Of a stretch of 32,000 bases of DNA, positions 7,448 to 15,205 are shown one piece after another. The position numbers and the translations under genes were made by a program. Under the pieces are notes generated by a model that was given only the letters and a program-made list of their open reading frames with translations, did not search any database and was not told the origin of the DNA. Each line of letters starts with the position of its first letter. Positions within the stretch are counted from its first letter, which is position 1. The stretch covers positions 210,001 through 242,000 of the forward strand of contig CAVRAI010000014.1 of the NCBI GenBank assembly GCA_963718915.1, given 5' to 3'. Origin of the DNA: an uncultured Chloroflexia bacterium (GTDB taxonomy: Bacteria; Chloroflexota; Ktedonobacteria; Ktedonobacterales; JADMIN01).

Positions 7448-7681
7448 AACCGCGCCTGAAGGGCCTCGCTGCGCTCTGCCACGAAACCCGCCTGCGCGGA
7501 TTCCCAGAGCGTTGAGCTACTTTGGTGTCTGTCCATTGGGCGCTCCTGAGCGACTGGGATTAGCCGCAGGGCTTTAGCCTGCGGCGGGGACACCCAGAAT
7601 CGGGTTGCCTCTTCCCGCCTGCTCCGTTCGCATCTCTGGCTCCCCTCCCCGCGCCGGGGAGGGGTTGGGGGAGAGGTCCGC
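7447..7681. repeat. array of dispersed repeat units: family B (7447-7500), family A (7558-7586), family C (7634-7681)
   Basis: aaaccgcgcctgaagggcctcgc...aaacccgcctgcgcgg recurs at 8864-8926. ggattagccgcagggctttagcctgcggc recurs, inverted, at 3471-3499. ctctggctcccctccccgcgccggggaggggttgggggagaggtccgc recurs at 4844-4957. Confidence 0.85.
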
Positions 7682-7682
7682 C

Positions 7683-8126
7683 CTACTGGTCGAGCGTGGC
7701 GTTGACCGTGATCTCGACGTTGTTGCGCAGCGCGTTCGAGACGGGGCAGCCCTGCTCCGCTGTGGCCGCCGCAGCCGCGAATCCCGCCTGATCGAGACCA
7801 GGTACCTTGCCGTGGACATCGAGACGCACGGCGGTGATCTTCATCTTGCCGTCCACGCGATCCAGCGCGCAGGTCGCCGTCACGTTTAGTTGCTCCGGTG
7901 GCGTGCCCGCGCCGTTGAGCGTATTCGAGAAGGCCATCGCATAGCATGAGGCATGCGCCGCCGCGATCAACTCTTCGGGGCTTGTCCGCCCATTGGGGTC
8001 TTCGGTGCGTGACGCCCAGGTGACGGGCAGTGTGCCGAAGGCCCCGCTTCCCGGAGTCACCGTCCCGCTCCCCTGGATCAAGTTTCCCTGCCAGACCACT
8101 TCCGCCCTGCGTTCCGCGACTGCCAT
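7683..8126 (-). CDS. osmC: OsmC family peroxiredoxin
   Basis: Start at MAVAERRAEVVWQGNL (ATG complement at 8124-8126, AGGA upstream). Contains TSPEELIAAAHASCYAMAF and AEQGCPVSNAL, which aligns well with E. coli OsmC from memory. Confidence 0.85.
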   Translation of the reverse strand: MAVAERRAEVVWQGNLIQGSGTVTPGSGAFGTLPVTWASRTEDPNGRTSPEELIAAAHASCYAMAFSNTLNGAGTPPEQLNVTATCALDRVDGKMKITAVRLDVHGKVPGLDQAGFAAAAATAEQGCPVSNALRNNVEITVNATLDQ

Positions 8127-8160
8127 GGTTGTTTTTCCTTTCACTTCACTGTGAAGTCTG

Positions 8161-8508
8161 CTAGGCGTGTGCTGTATAGAGTGTATCCGTTCGCGCCGCC
8201 AGAATGAAATCGTTGCGGTGCAGCCCGCCGATGGCATGCGTCCACCAGGAGACGGCGACTCGCCCCCACTCCGTCAGCAACGCCGGATGATGGCCTTCCT
8301 GCTCGGCCAGCGCGCCGACACGATTGGTAAAGTCCAGGGCGCTGGCAAAGTCGGGGAAGGTAAAGACGCGCATCAGCCGGGGAATGCCGCCCTGCTCGAC
8401 AATGCGCCATGTGGGGATCTGCTTCAGGTATTCCTGGCTATCCTCCTCGGATACCGTTGGTTCGCCAGCCCGACAGGCCACACACGTCATCTGCGCCAGT
8501 GGCTCCAT
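8161..8508 (-). CDS. pterin-4-alpha-carbinolamine dehydratase (PCD/DCoH family)
   Basis: Start at MEPLAQM with GGAGG upstream. Contains [61 protein letters not shown]. Confidence 0.85.
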   Translation of the reverse strand: MEPLAQMTCVACRAGEPTVSEEDSQEYLKQIPTWRIVEQGGIPRLMRVFTFPDFASALDFTNRVGALAEQEGHHPALLTEWGRVAVSWWTHAIGGLHRNDFILAARTDTLYTAHA

Positions 8509-8713
8509 CTTGCGCCTCCTTCTTCCCGTGCAACCCTCCAGGGCAACGTAGCTTCCAGTGCAGAACGTAGCACAGAGCGGGCCGGAAAGGCGATGGGGGC
8601 GCGTGGCGGTATGGGGAGAGGTTCTGGCGGAAGATGCCTGGGGATGCAGGCCGAAGCGTGTTGTCGGGTAATCCATGAAATGGGTCTGGCAGAGGGAGCG
8701 CGGGCGGTTACTG

Positions 8714-8787
8714 TCGTTATAGGATGTGCGACGGACACGGGCATTGCGGTGGGGCGAGCAGACCGGAGCGTTCACGCTACGGCGAAT
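8714..8787 (+). repeat. dispersed repeat family D, copy 1
   Basis: tcgttataggatgtgcgacggacacgggcattgcggtggggcgagcagaccggagcgttcacgctacggcgaat matches 18921-18993 with about 8 differences over 74 nt. Confidence 0.85.
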
Positions 8788-8863
8788 TTCCTGGCCCCAT
8801 TTGCTGGCAGGCTCCGGCGCGCTCGCCTCAGCACACTGTACGGCGTTACTGCTAAAACTACAT

Positions 8864-9025
8864 AAACCGCGCCTGAAGGGCCTCGCCTGCTGCGCACGCT
8901 CCGCCACAAAACCCGCCTGCGCGGGTTGCAGAGGCTCGCTCGCCAGTCAGGTACGCCGTTGGGGGCAGGATCTGGGGAGTCCGCGTCGGCGGACTTCGTG
9001 GCCGCAGGCCCTCAAGGTGCGGTTT
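8864..9025. mobile_element. MITE-like ~162-bp element with imperfect 19-bp terminal inverted repeats (family B left end)
   Basis: Left end aaaccgcgcctgaagggcc (8864-8882). Right end ggccctcaaggtgcggttt (9007-9025), whose reverse complement aaaccgcaccttgagggcc matches 16/19. No coding capacity. Confidence 0.6.
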
Positions 9026-9143
9026 TAACCGCCCGCGTACCCGCGCGGTGTCCCTGGTATTCTGTAAAACCACATCAGTCGCCAGCGTCCGTGGAAAATA
9101 CGAGAGGGGCGGTGATCTACCGCCCCAACAAGTATTTATGTGG

Positions 9144-9282
9144 AGAAACAGCCTCCACCAACATCGAAGAGAAACAGCCTCTTCGTGTTGAGCGCCGCCA
9201 AGCAGAAAACAGCCTGCTCATCCGGCGATGCACGGCAGAAAACAGCCTGCCCGCATTTCCACCGACACCGAAAAACAGCTCG
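9144..9282 (+). promoter_or_regulatory. five phased direct repeats of G-AAA(A)CAGCCT(GC), iteron- or operator-like
   Basis: AAACAGCCT at 9146, 9172, 9207 and 9240, and AAACAGCT at 9273. Intervals are 26, 35, 33 and 33 bp. Lies 350-490 nt upstream of the histidine kinase start. Confidence 0.6.
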
Positions 9283-9634
9283 TTGCCAATGGGAGTGATC
9301 TGACTCCGACTAACCCTCTTCATCAGATCGGTGATGGGGATAGTATACCCGCGCATTTGCCGGAAGTCCAATATATGTTTGTGAGGTTACTCATAAATTA
9401 TAGTTAATGACTGTGGTGTATAGCAAGCGTTCTGCTATGTTGTCAATGCGCTGCTGCTGTGATATGCTGAACCGGCATTTCACGCCACGCTACGCGCTTC
9501 GTCACTGGCTCGATTCCTGTATGATCTGGCGCTCACTGAATACGGCAATCTGGCGCATCGCGTCATCCTGTGGGGTAGCGTCTAGTTCAAGCGGTTCAGG
9601 CGCGCGGAGACGCAGCGAGAGAAGATAGTTAAGC

Positions 9635-12304
9635 ATGCCATCTCGATCATCCCAGCCACCCAAAACATCCACCGGATCACCACCAGACGATGCGCCCGAC
9701 GCCTCGGGGCGCGAGCACGCCCGTCCGGACGACGCCCTGAGCGACATCGATATCGCGCGCCTCTATCAGGACGCCCTTGCGGGTGCGCTCAAACTCGTCG
9801 GCGCCGACGGTGGCGAGCTGGCAATGCTCGATCCCCAGCGCCGGGTGATGGCCGTCCGCGCGCGTCTGCGGGGTGAGCCGGGCGCGTCTGGCAGTGGCTC
9901 GGCATTCGGCGCGCCCGCGCGCTCATCGCAGCCCCTCGCGTATAGCAGCGTCCGCTACGATCCATCACGCGCGCCCGCGCCACAGCCCGCCGATGACGAT
10001 CCTGAGTTGGGCGAGCAGCCGACTGTCCTGCTTGCGGCGATCCCCACCGCGCGTGTCTACCGTCAGAGTGAGGGGCTGGTAGGCGCCGTCTGGCAGCGCG
10101 CCGATGTCATTGTGTTACGCGGCGAGGAATTTCGCGTGCTCGCCCACGGCACTGGCGCTCCCGGCGCCGAGGCGCACTGGCATGTCGGGGTGCCAATCTA
10201 CCGCCCCGGCGCGCTTGATGTCATTCCGCCAATTGGGAACAACGGCGACATCATCGGGGTGCTTGCGGTCTATTCGGATGGGTCGCGTGGGTTCAGCGCG
10301 CGTGATGTCGAGATGCTCCGTCTGCATGCCGACCGGGTAAGCCGTCACCTGCGCATCGCCGAGCTGGCGCGCCAGGGCCAGAGCCAGAGCGAGTTGCTTG
10401 AGGTGCTCTGGAGCGACACGCAGGACCTGCCCGCGCTGTACCAGCGGATTCGCGATCTCGTGCGTCATCTGATCGATGCGCCGTCATTTGGGCTGATTCT
10501 CTACAATGCCCAGACGAGGGAGGCGACGCTCGAGGTCGCCGAGCGTGATGGAACGCCAATTGCCCCGCCTGCCCGCCGCGCCTCGACGCTGCCCGCCTGG
10601 TGGAATGCGGTGGGCGCCGGTCAGGTAGTGCGTAGCATCAGCGCAGAGGAACGCGCCGCCCATCCCGAATTCAGCCAGTTGGGCTGGGGCGACGATATGC
10701 CGGTAGTCTCACTGCTGGCGGCGCCGCTCATCAGTGGCCAGAAGTTCCTGGGAGCGCTGGTGGTCGCCAGCCCACAGGCGGAGGCATATAGCCCTGAGCA
10801 GGCGCAACTGTTCGAGTCCATCGCGCGCGCGGGCGCGGTCGTGCTGGAGAACACGCGGCTGGCGTTTGAGACGCGCGACAACGCCGCCCGTAATCAGGCG
10901 AAGGCGTACCAGATGGCCGCCCTCAACAATGCGGCCCTGACCATCAATGCGTCCCTCGACCTCGGTACGACTGTGCAGGCGCTGGCCGATCAGGCGTCAC
11001 ATCTGGCGACCGCCGAAATCTGCTCGGTCTTCCTCCTCAATGAGGAGCGTACTCACCTGGTGATGAGCGCCACCAGTCTTCCTCGCGATCCGCAGGCGCC
11101 ACCGCCGATACCCACCCAGGCGCCACTGACTTGGCATGATGTGGGTCAGGTCCTCAAGAGCGGGCAGTTTAGCGTCATGGATCACCTTGACGAGGACTGG
11201 GAGGACGCCACCATTATCGGGGGTCTGCTGAGAGAATATCAGGTCTATAGCGGACTCCTTGTGCCGATTGCGCATCGCGCCGCCGACAGCAGGCAACCGG
11301 GAACCTCAGGCACGTTTAGCAGCGAAGGGCCACAGGAGCGTGATGAGCTGCTTGGCGCGCTCTTTGTCTTTACGCCTGGTCAGCGCCACCACTTCTGGCC
11401 GACGGAAATCGGGCTGTTACAGGGGTTGGCCAGCCAGGCGGGCGCCGCCATCAGCAATGCCCGGCTCTACCAGAATCTCAAAGACGCGAAGGAAGGGCTG
11501 GAAGAGGTGGATAGGCTCAAGAATGACTTCATCCTGACCATCTCGCATGAGTTTCGCACCCCGCTCACGACGATCAATGGCTACATCAGCCTGATTACGC
11601 GCCACGGCGAGAAGCTGGAGCCGGAGAAGTTGAACCAGTTTGGCGGCGAGATTCAGCTGGCCACCGATAAGCTGGCGGGGATGATTGGCATGCTGGCGGA
11701 TGCGAGTATGCTGGAGGAGCGCGGGCTGGATGTGCATATCGAGCCGGTGAGCCTGCGGGCGATGGCGGAGCGGGCAGTGGCGGGGCTGACCGAAGACCTC
11801 AAGGGGCGCATCGCGATCGATATTCCAGCGGATATGTGGGTGCTGGCGGATGCCGAGCGCCTGCCGATGGTCATCTCGAACCTGCTGACGAACGCGGGCA
11901 AGTATGCGCCTGGCTCTCCCTATCGCCTGGCCGTGCGGCGCGAGCAGCGCGAGCGGTTGCAGCAGAAGGGCAGGCTGGTTGGCAGGAAGGAAGCGGATGG
12001 CAAAGACGCCCGCAACAACGAGACGGTTACGCGTACCATCCGCGCCCACGAACAGTGGCTGGTGGCCCATGTGATAGATTCTGGCCCGGGAGTTGCCAGC
12101 GAGGAGCTGGATCGTATCTTCGCCCGGTTTGTACGCACCCCCCAGTCGCTCACCACTCCCGTGCGCGGGACAGGCCTGGGGTTGTGGATTTGCCGCGAGT
12201 ATATCGAGGCGATGGGCGGTAATATCTGGGTCGAGAGTTCCATTGGCAGCGGCTCAGACTTCCAGTTCTGCCTACCAGAGACCGCGCCTCCACAGACGCC
12301 CTGA
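9635..12304 (+). CDS. cytoplasmic multi-GAF sensor histidine kinase
   Basis: 889 aa with no obvious TM segment. GAF-like blocks (e.g. GVLAVYSDGSRGFSARDVEMLRLHADRV and LGALVVASPQAEAYSPEQAQLFESIA). H-box DRLKNDFILTISHEFRTPLTTINGY. ATP-lid GTGLGLWICREYIEAMGGNIWVES. Confidence 0.9.
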   Translation: MPSRSSQPPKTSTGSPPDDAPDASGREHARPDDALSDIDIARLYQDALAGALKLVGADGGELAMLDPQRRVMAVRARLRGEPGASGSGSAFGAPARSSQPLAYSSVRYDPSRAPAPQPADDDPELGEQPTVLLAAIPTARVYRQSEGLVGAVWQRADVIVLRGEEFRVLAHGTGAPGAEAHWHVGVPIYRPGALDVIPPIGNNGDIIGVLAVYSDGSRGFSARDVEMLRLHADRVSRHLRIAELARQGQSQSELLEVLWSDTQDLPALYQRIRDLVRHLIDAPSFGLILYNAQTREATLEVAERDGTPIAPPARRASTLPAWWNAVGAGQVVRSISAEERAAHPEFSQLGWGDDMPVVSLLAAPLISGQKFLGALVVASPQAEAYSPEQAQLFESIARAGAVVLENTRLAFETRDNAARNQAKAYQMAALNNAALTINASLDLGTTVQALADQASHLATAEICSVFLLNEERTHLVMSATSLPRDPQAPPPIPTQAPLTWHDVGQVLKSGQFSVMDHLDEDWEDATIIGGLLREYQVYSGLLVPIAHRAADSRQPGTSGTFSSEGPQERDELLGALFVFTPGQRHHFWPTEIGLLQGLASQAGAAISNARLYQNLKDAKEGLEEVDRLKNDFILTISHEFRTPLTTINGYISLITRHGEKLEPEKLNQFGGEIQLATDKLAGMIGMLADASMLEERGLDVHIEPVSLRAMAERAVAGLTEDLKGRIAIDIPADMWVLADAERLPMVISNLLTNAGKYAPGSPYRLAVRREQRERLQQKGRLVGRKEADGKDARNNETVTRTIRAHEQWLVAHVIDSGPGVASEELDRIFARFVRTPQSLTTPVRGTGLGLWICREYIEAMGGNIWVESSIGSGSDFQFCLPETAPPQTP

Positions 12305-12439
12305 TATTTGCCTGGCACGCTATACTGAAGCAGGGCGCTGAAACGCGAGCGGATGATGTCGCCGCCGCTTCAGCGGGAGAGACGCGCGTACTCATAACGC
12401 ATATATGCAGCACACGTGTATAGAGAAAGAGGATGACGC

Positions 12440-12808
12440 ATGCCACACGCGCCAACAGTATTGATCGTGGATGACGACCCAGCGATCCGCAAGTTGCTGG
12501 TCGAGGTGCTATCGCTGGAGGGCTATCCGACGGAAACAGCAGTCAATGGGCGCGAGGCGCTGGACCTGATAGCACGCGGTGGCGCGCGGGTGATCCTGCT
12601 CGACTTGATGATGCCTGTACTGGATGGCCGTGGTGTGATGACGGAGCTACAGGCCAATCCAGCGGAGCGTGGCCGCCACAAGGTGATTCTGGTGTCAGCG
12701 ATCGGCTTTCTGGAAGGCGCGCGCGACCTGGAGGCGGATGGCGTGCTGGCCAAACCGTTTACGGTTGAGCAACTGTTGAATGTGCTGGAAACGGCCACCA
12801 CGCCCTAA
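12440..12808 (+). CDS. single-domain response regulator (CheY-like receiver)
   Basis: VLIVDDDPAIRKLL...VILLDLMMPVLDG...VILVSA...KPF; 122 aa with no output domain. Confidence 0.9.
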   Translation: MPHAPTVLIVDDDPAIRKLLVEVLSLEGYPTETAVNGREALDLIARGGARVILLDLMMPVLDGRGVMTELQANPAERGRHKVILVSAIGFLEGARDLEADGVLAKPFTVEQLLNVLETATTP

Positions 12809-12859
12809 GTTCTCCCGTACCGCGTGCTGGGGGCGCGCCTGCCGGAAGCCCAAAGGCCC

Positions 12860-13083
12860 CGGCGAATGGGCCTGAGTGGCGGAAATTCGCCGTAGCATTT
12901 ATGCTACGGTCTGCCTCGCCCGCCGCCACGCGCGGGGTTCGGAGGAATCAGTGAACGTTCATCAGGCTCCGGCGAATCCAGCTATCTTGTCCATTCGCCG
13001 GAGCGTTGACGCTCCGGCTTGCCTATCCACCAGCGACCCAGCCTGATTCGTATCAGACGTAGCATGGTAGCATGGTAGCATGA
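12860..13083. repeat. cluster of hairpins and palindromes between convergent genes, ending in (TAGCATGG)x3
   Basis: CGGCGAAT (12860-12867) pairs with ATTCGCCG (12885-12892). GTAGCAT-tt-ATGCTAC at 12892-12907. TGAACGTTCA at 12952-12961. CTCCGGCGAAT (12967-12977) pairs with ATTCGCCGGAG (12993-13003). 8-bp tandem repeat x3 at 13060-13083. Confidence 0.75.
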
Positions 13084-13090
13084 GCCGAGG

Positions 13091-14038
13091 TTAATCCGCG
13101 TCGACGATCATTGGATTGCGGATAATCGGCGCTTTGCCAGTCCGCGAGCTGATCGATGGCGCACCGCCGCCACCGCCGCCACCGCCGAAGCCGCCCGCGC
13201 GTGGCGCCTGGGGCTGTTCGCCTGATTCGACCATAATCATGCCCTGGCGTAGCATATCGAGGTCGCGCAGGAAGCATGCGACCGCGCTGGCCGCCGAGCC
13301 TTTCGACTGGGAATTATCGTAGCGGCGCGCGGTATTATCGGGGGCGTTTGGGCCTGCTGCGCTGAAGGAATCGGTATAGATCTGTTCCCAGCCGTTCCAG
13401 CGTCCGCGCAGTGGTTTCCAGCCGAGCTGGCTGTCGCTGACCGCGCGCCACTTCTCCTCGGTGAAGGCCATCCAGTCTTCGATCAGCCGCGAGTAGGTGG
13501 CGAGCATGTCGCGCAATTCCTCGGAGCGCTCATCCAGCCGCATGCTTGGCACACCGCCGCGCCCGTAGTCATCATACTCACCATAATCGTCCTGCCCATA
13601 GCCGGGGCCGAGCGCTCCCTGGCCGTAGCCGGGGGCATATCCCCCCGCCAGACCCATGCCACCATAGGCAAGCTGGCCCTCGTGCAGCGAGCCATCCTCC
13701 GTGGTGAACATATCTGGGCGCAGGCCGCCGATGATGATTTCCTCGGTGCCCATCGCATCCATCAGCCGCCATGCCAGCCGGGGATGGCGCATGGCCCAGA
13801 GTCCCTTGCGCATAAGGTAGACGAACGAGAAGGCGAAATTCACGAGCAGCCAGATGGCGCCTTTGACCGCGATCCAGTTCAGCAGGCCAAACAGCGCCCA
13901 TTCAGTCGGCGTGGCGTTTGAGCTGCCTTTCTCGATCACCGTCAGGATGATGGCGACGAGCAAGCTTGGGTCACGAATGGGATTAATCAGACCAAAAAGA
14001 CGGGAGCCAAATCCTCGTTTCCGCTCGCCGTTCGCCAT
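13091..14038 (-). CDS. hypothetical membrane protein with a Gly/Tyr-rich low-complexity centre and poly-Gly tail
   Basis: 315-aa ORF. Hydrophobic segments LLVAIILTVI and GAIWLLVNFAFSFVYL. Low-complexity AYGGMGLAGGYAPGYGQGALGPGYGQDDYGEYDDYGRGG, and later GGFGGGGGGGGAP. No family recognised. Confidence 0.65.
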   Translation of the reverse strand: MANGERKRGFGSRLFGLINPIRDPSLLVAIILTVIEKGSSNATPTEWALFGLLNWIAVKGAIWLLVNFAFSFVYLMRKGLWAMRHPRLAWRLMDAMGTEEIIIGGLRPDMFTTEDGSLHEGQLAYGGMGLAGGYAPGYGQGALGPGYGQDDYGEYDDYGRGGVPSMRLDERSEELRDMLATYSRLIEDWMAFTEEKWRAVSDSQLGWKPLRGRWNGWEQIYTDSFSAAGPNAPDNTARRYDNSQSKGSAASAVACFLRDLDMLRQGMIMVESGEQPQAPRAGGFGGGGGGGGAPSISSRTGKAPIIRNPMIVDAD

Positions 14039-14394
14039 TGCGTTCTCCCTCTGCTCTCACGCGCTATTCTGTGCCAAGCCGATAACACCGTTCACCGTGA
14101 GGCGAACTATCGGCCGTTCTCAAGACGTTATCGAGACTATCGAGACATGCCGCCGTTGCCGTGTGGAATGTGGATGGCTGAGGCGACCGTGTTTGTCCTG
14201 GCAAGTTCAGTATCACCGAGTTCTCAAAGCAGGCTATCTCACCAGCGAAAAGCGTCAGGCCAGTGCGGTGCGAAATGCCCAAAGACTATTTTCACACAGC
14301 GGTGTGAAACCAGCAATGACACTAGGCCATTCATACCGCCCTCCGTGTATAAAACGTCCGCAGTGGGTGAATCGCTCAGTGGCATGTCGCGCTC

Positions 14395-15069
14395 TCAGCG
14401 TGGCGCGGCGCCATCGAGAAAGAAGCGCGCCACCTGGATTGCTACCTGGCGATGCTCGTCGGGCGTGCGCGCGCTGTGGCCTCCCTGCGCGGTGAAGGCG
14501 TCGAGCAGACCGAACCAGGCGCGCACAAGGAAATCGGCGTTGCCCTCCGCGATCGCGCCCAGGCGCATACCGTCGCGCATGAGTTGGGCGATGGGCGCCA
14601 GCATCTCGCGCGCATAGGTCTCGTGAACGCGCCGCCCGTGGGAGGCGCCCAGCAACTCGGTGGCGTCGCGCAGCATCGGCTCCATCGTCGCGTCGGCATA
14701 CTGAAAGTAGCCCGCGGCCAGGTCTTCCAAGCGTTGCCGCGCGGTGGCGTCCGCCTCTGTTACCGAGCGAATGTAGCCGCCAACCTCCCGCATCAGGTCG
14801 CAGAGCACATCGGCATAGAGGCCTTCTTTATCGCCGAAGTGATAGTAAAGTGTTGGCTTGGTGACACCCGCCGCGCGGGCCACCTCGCCGACGGCCACAT
14901 CGGCGAAACCACGTTGTATGAAGAGGCGACGTGCCGCCGTCAGAATCAATGTGCGTGTCTCCACCTCAGCGATGGGCGCGTCATTAGTGGGACGTCCGGG
15001 GCGACGGCGCGCGGCGCTGGCCACCGCTCCGGGTAGGCTGGGCGCTGGAATCTCGTTGTTTTCTAACAT
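14395..15069 (-). CDS. TetR/AcrR family transcriptional regulator
   Basis: HTH region ILTAARRLFIQRGFADVAVGEVARAAGVTKPTLYYHFGDKEGLY. Divergent from the oxidase gene. Confidence 0.9.
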   Translation of the reverse strand: MLENNEIPAPSLPGAVASAARRRPGRPTNDAPIAEVETRTLILTAARRLFIQRGFADVAVGEVARAAGVTKPTLYYHFGDKEGLYADVLCDLMREVGGYIRSVTEADATARQRLEDLAAGYFQYADATMEPMLRDATELLGASHGRRVHETYAREMLAPIAQLMRDGMRLGAIAEGNADFLVRAWFGLLDAFTAQGGHSARTPDEHRQVAIQVARFFLDGAAPR

Positions 15070-15147
15070 GGTTTCCTGACTTCATGCCAGGGGCGGGCAT
15101 GCGCGCGGTCGGTTCGTCGGGAACGGTTCGCCGCTCCTTCTGTCGAG

Positions 15148-15161
15148 AATAGTATACAATT
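15148..15161. promoter_or_regulatory. 14-bp near-palindrome AATAGTATACAATT, a candidate TetR operator
   Basis: 12/14 self-complementary, centred on GTATAC. Lies in the 136-bp divergent intergenic region, 45 nt before the oxidase GTG. Confidence 0.35.
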
Positions 15162-15205
15162 GCCTCAGGCGGCATGCTATTGAGCGCAAGATCGGAGGCC
15201 TGGGC

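Noticed and set aside
9144-9282. Possible miniature CRISPR array (regularly spaced repeats)
   Set aside because: The repeat unit is only 9-13 nt and the period is ~33 bp, far shorter than a CRISPR repeat plus spacer. No cas genes are present in the window.
9117-9371. 84-aa minus-strand ORF with repeated RLFSA peptides
   Set aside because: The periodic peptide simply mirrors the DNA direct repeats. There is no RBS and the composition is not protein-like.
12313-12326. Sigma-54 promoter (TGGCAC...) or sigma-70 -10 (TATACT) between the kinase and receiver genes
   Set aside because: TGGCACGCTATACTGA places TG one position off the GG-N10-GC spacing and lacks TTGC. TATACT has no acceptable -35 at 16-18 nt. 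The receiver is probably co-transcribed with the kinase.
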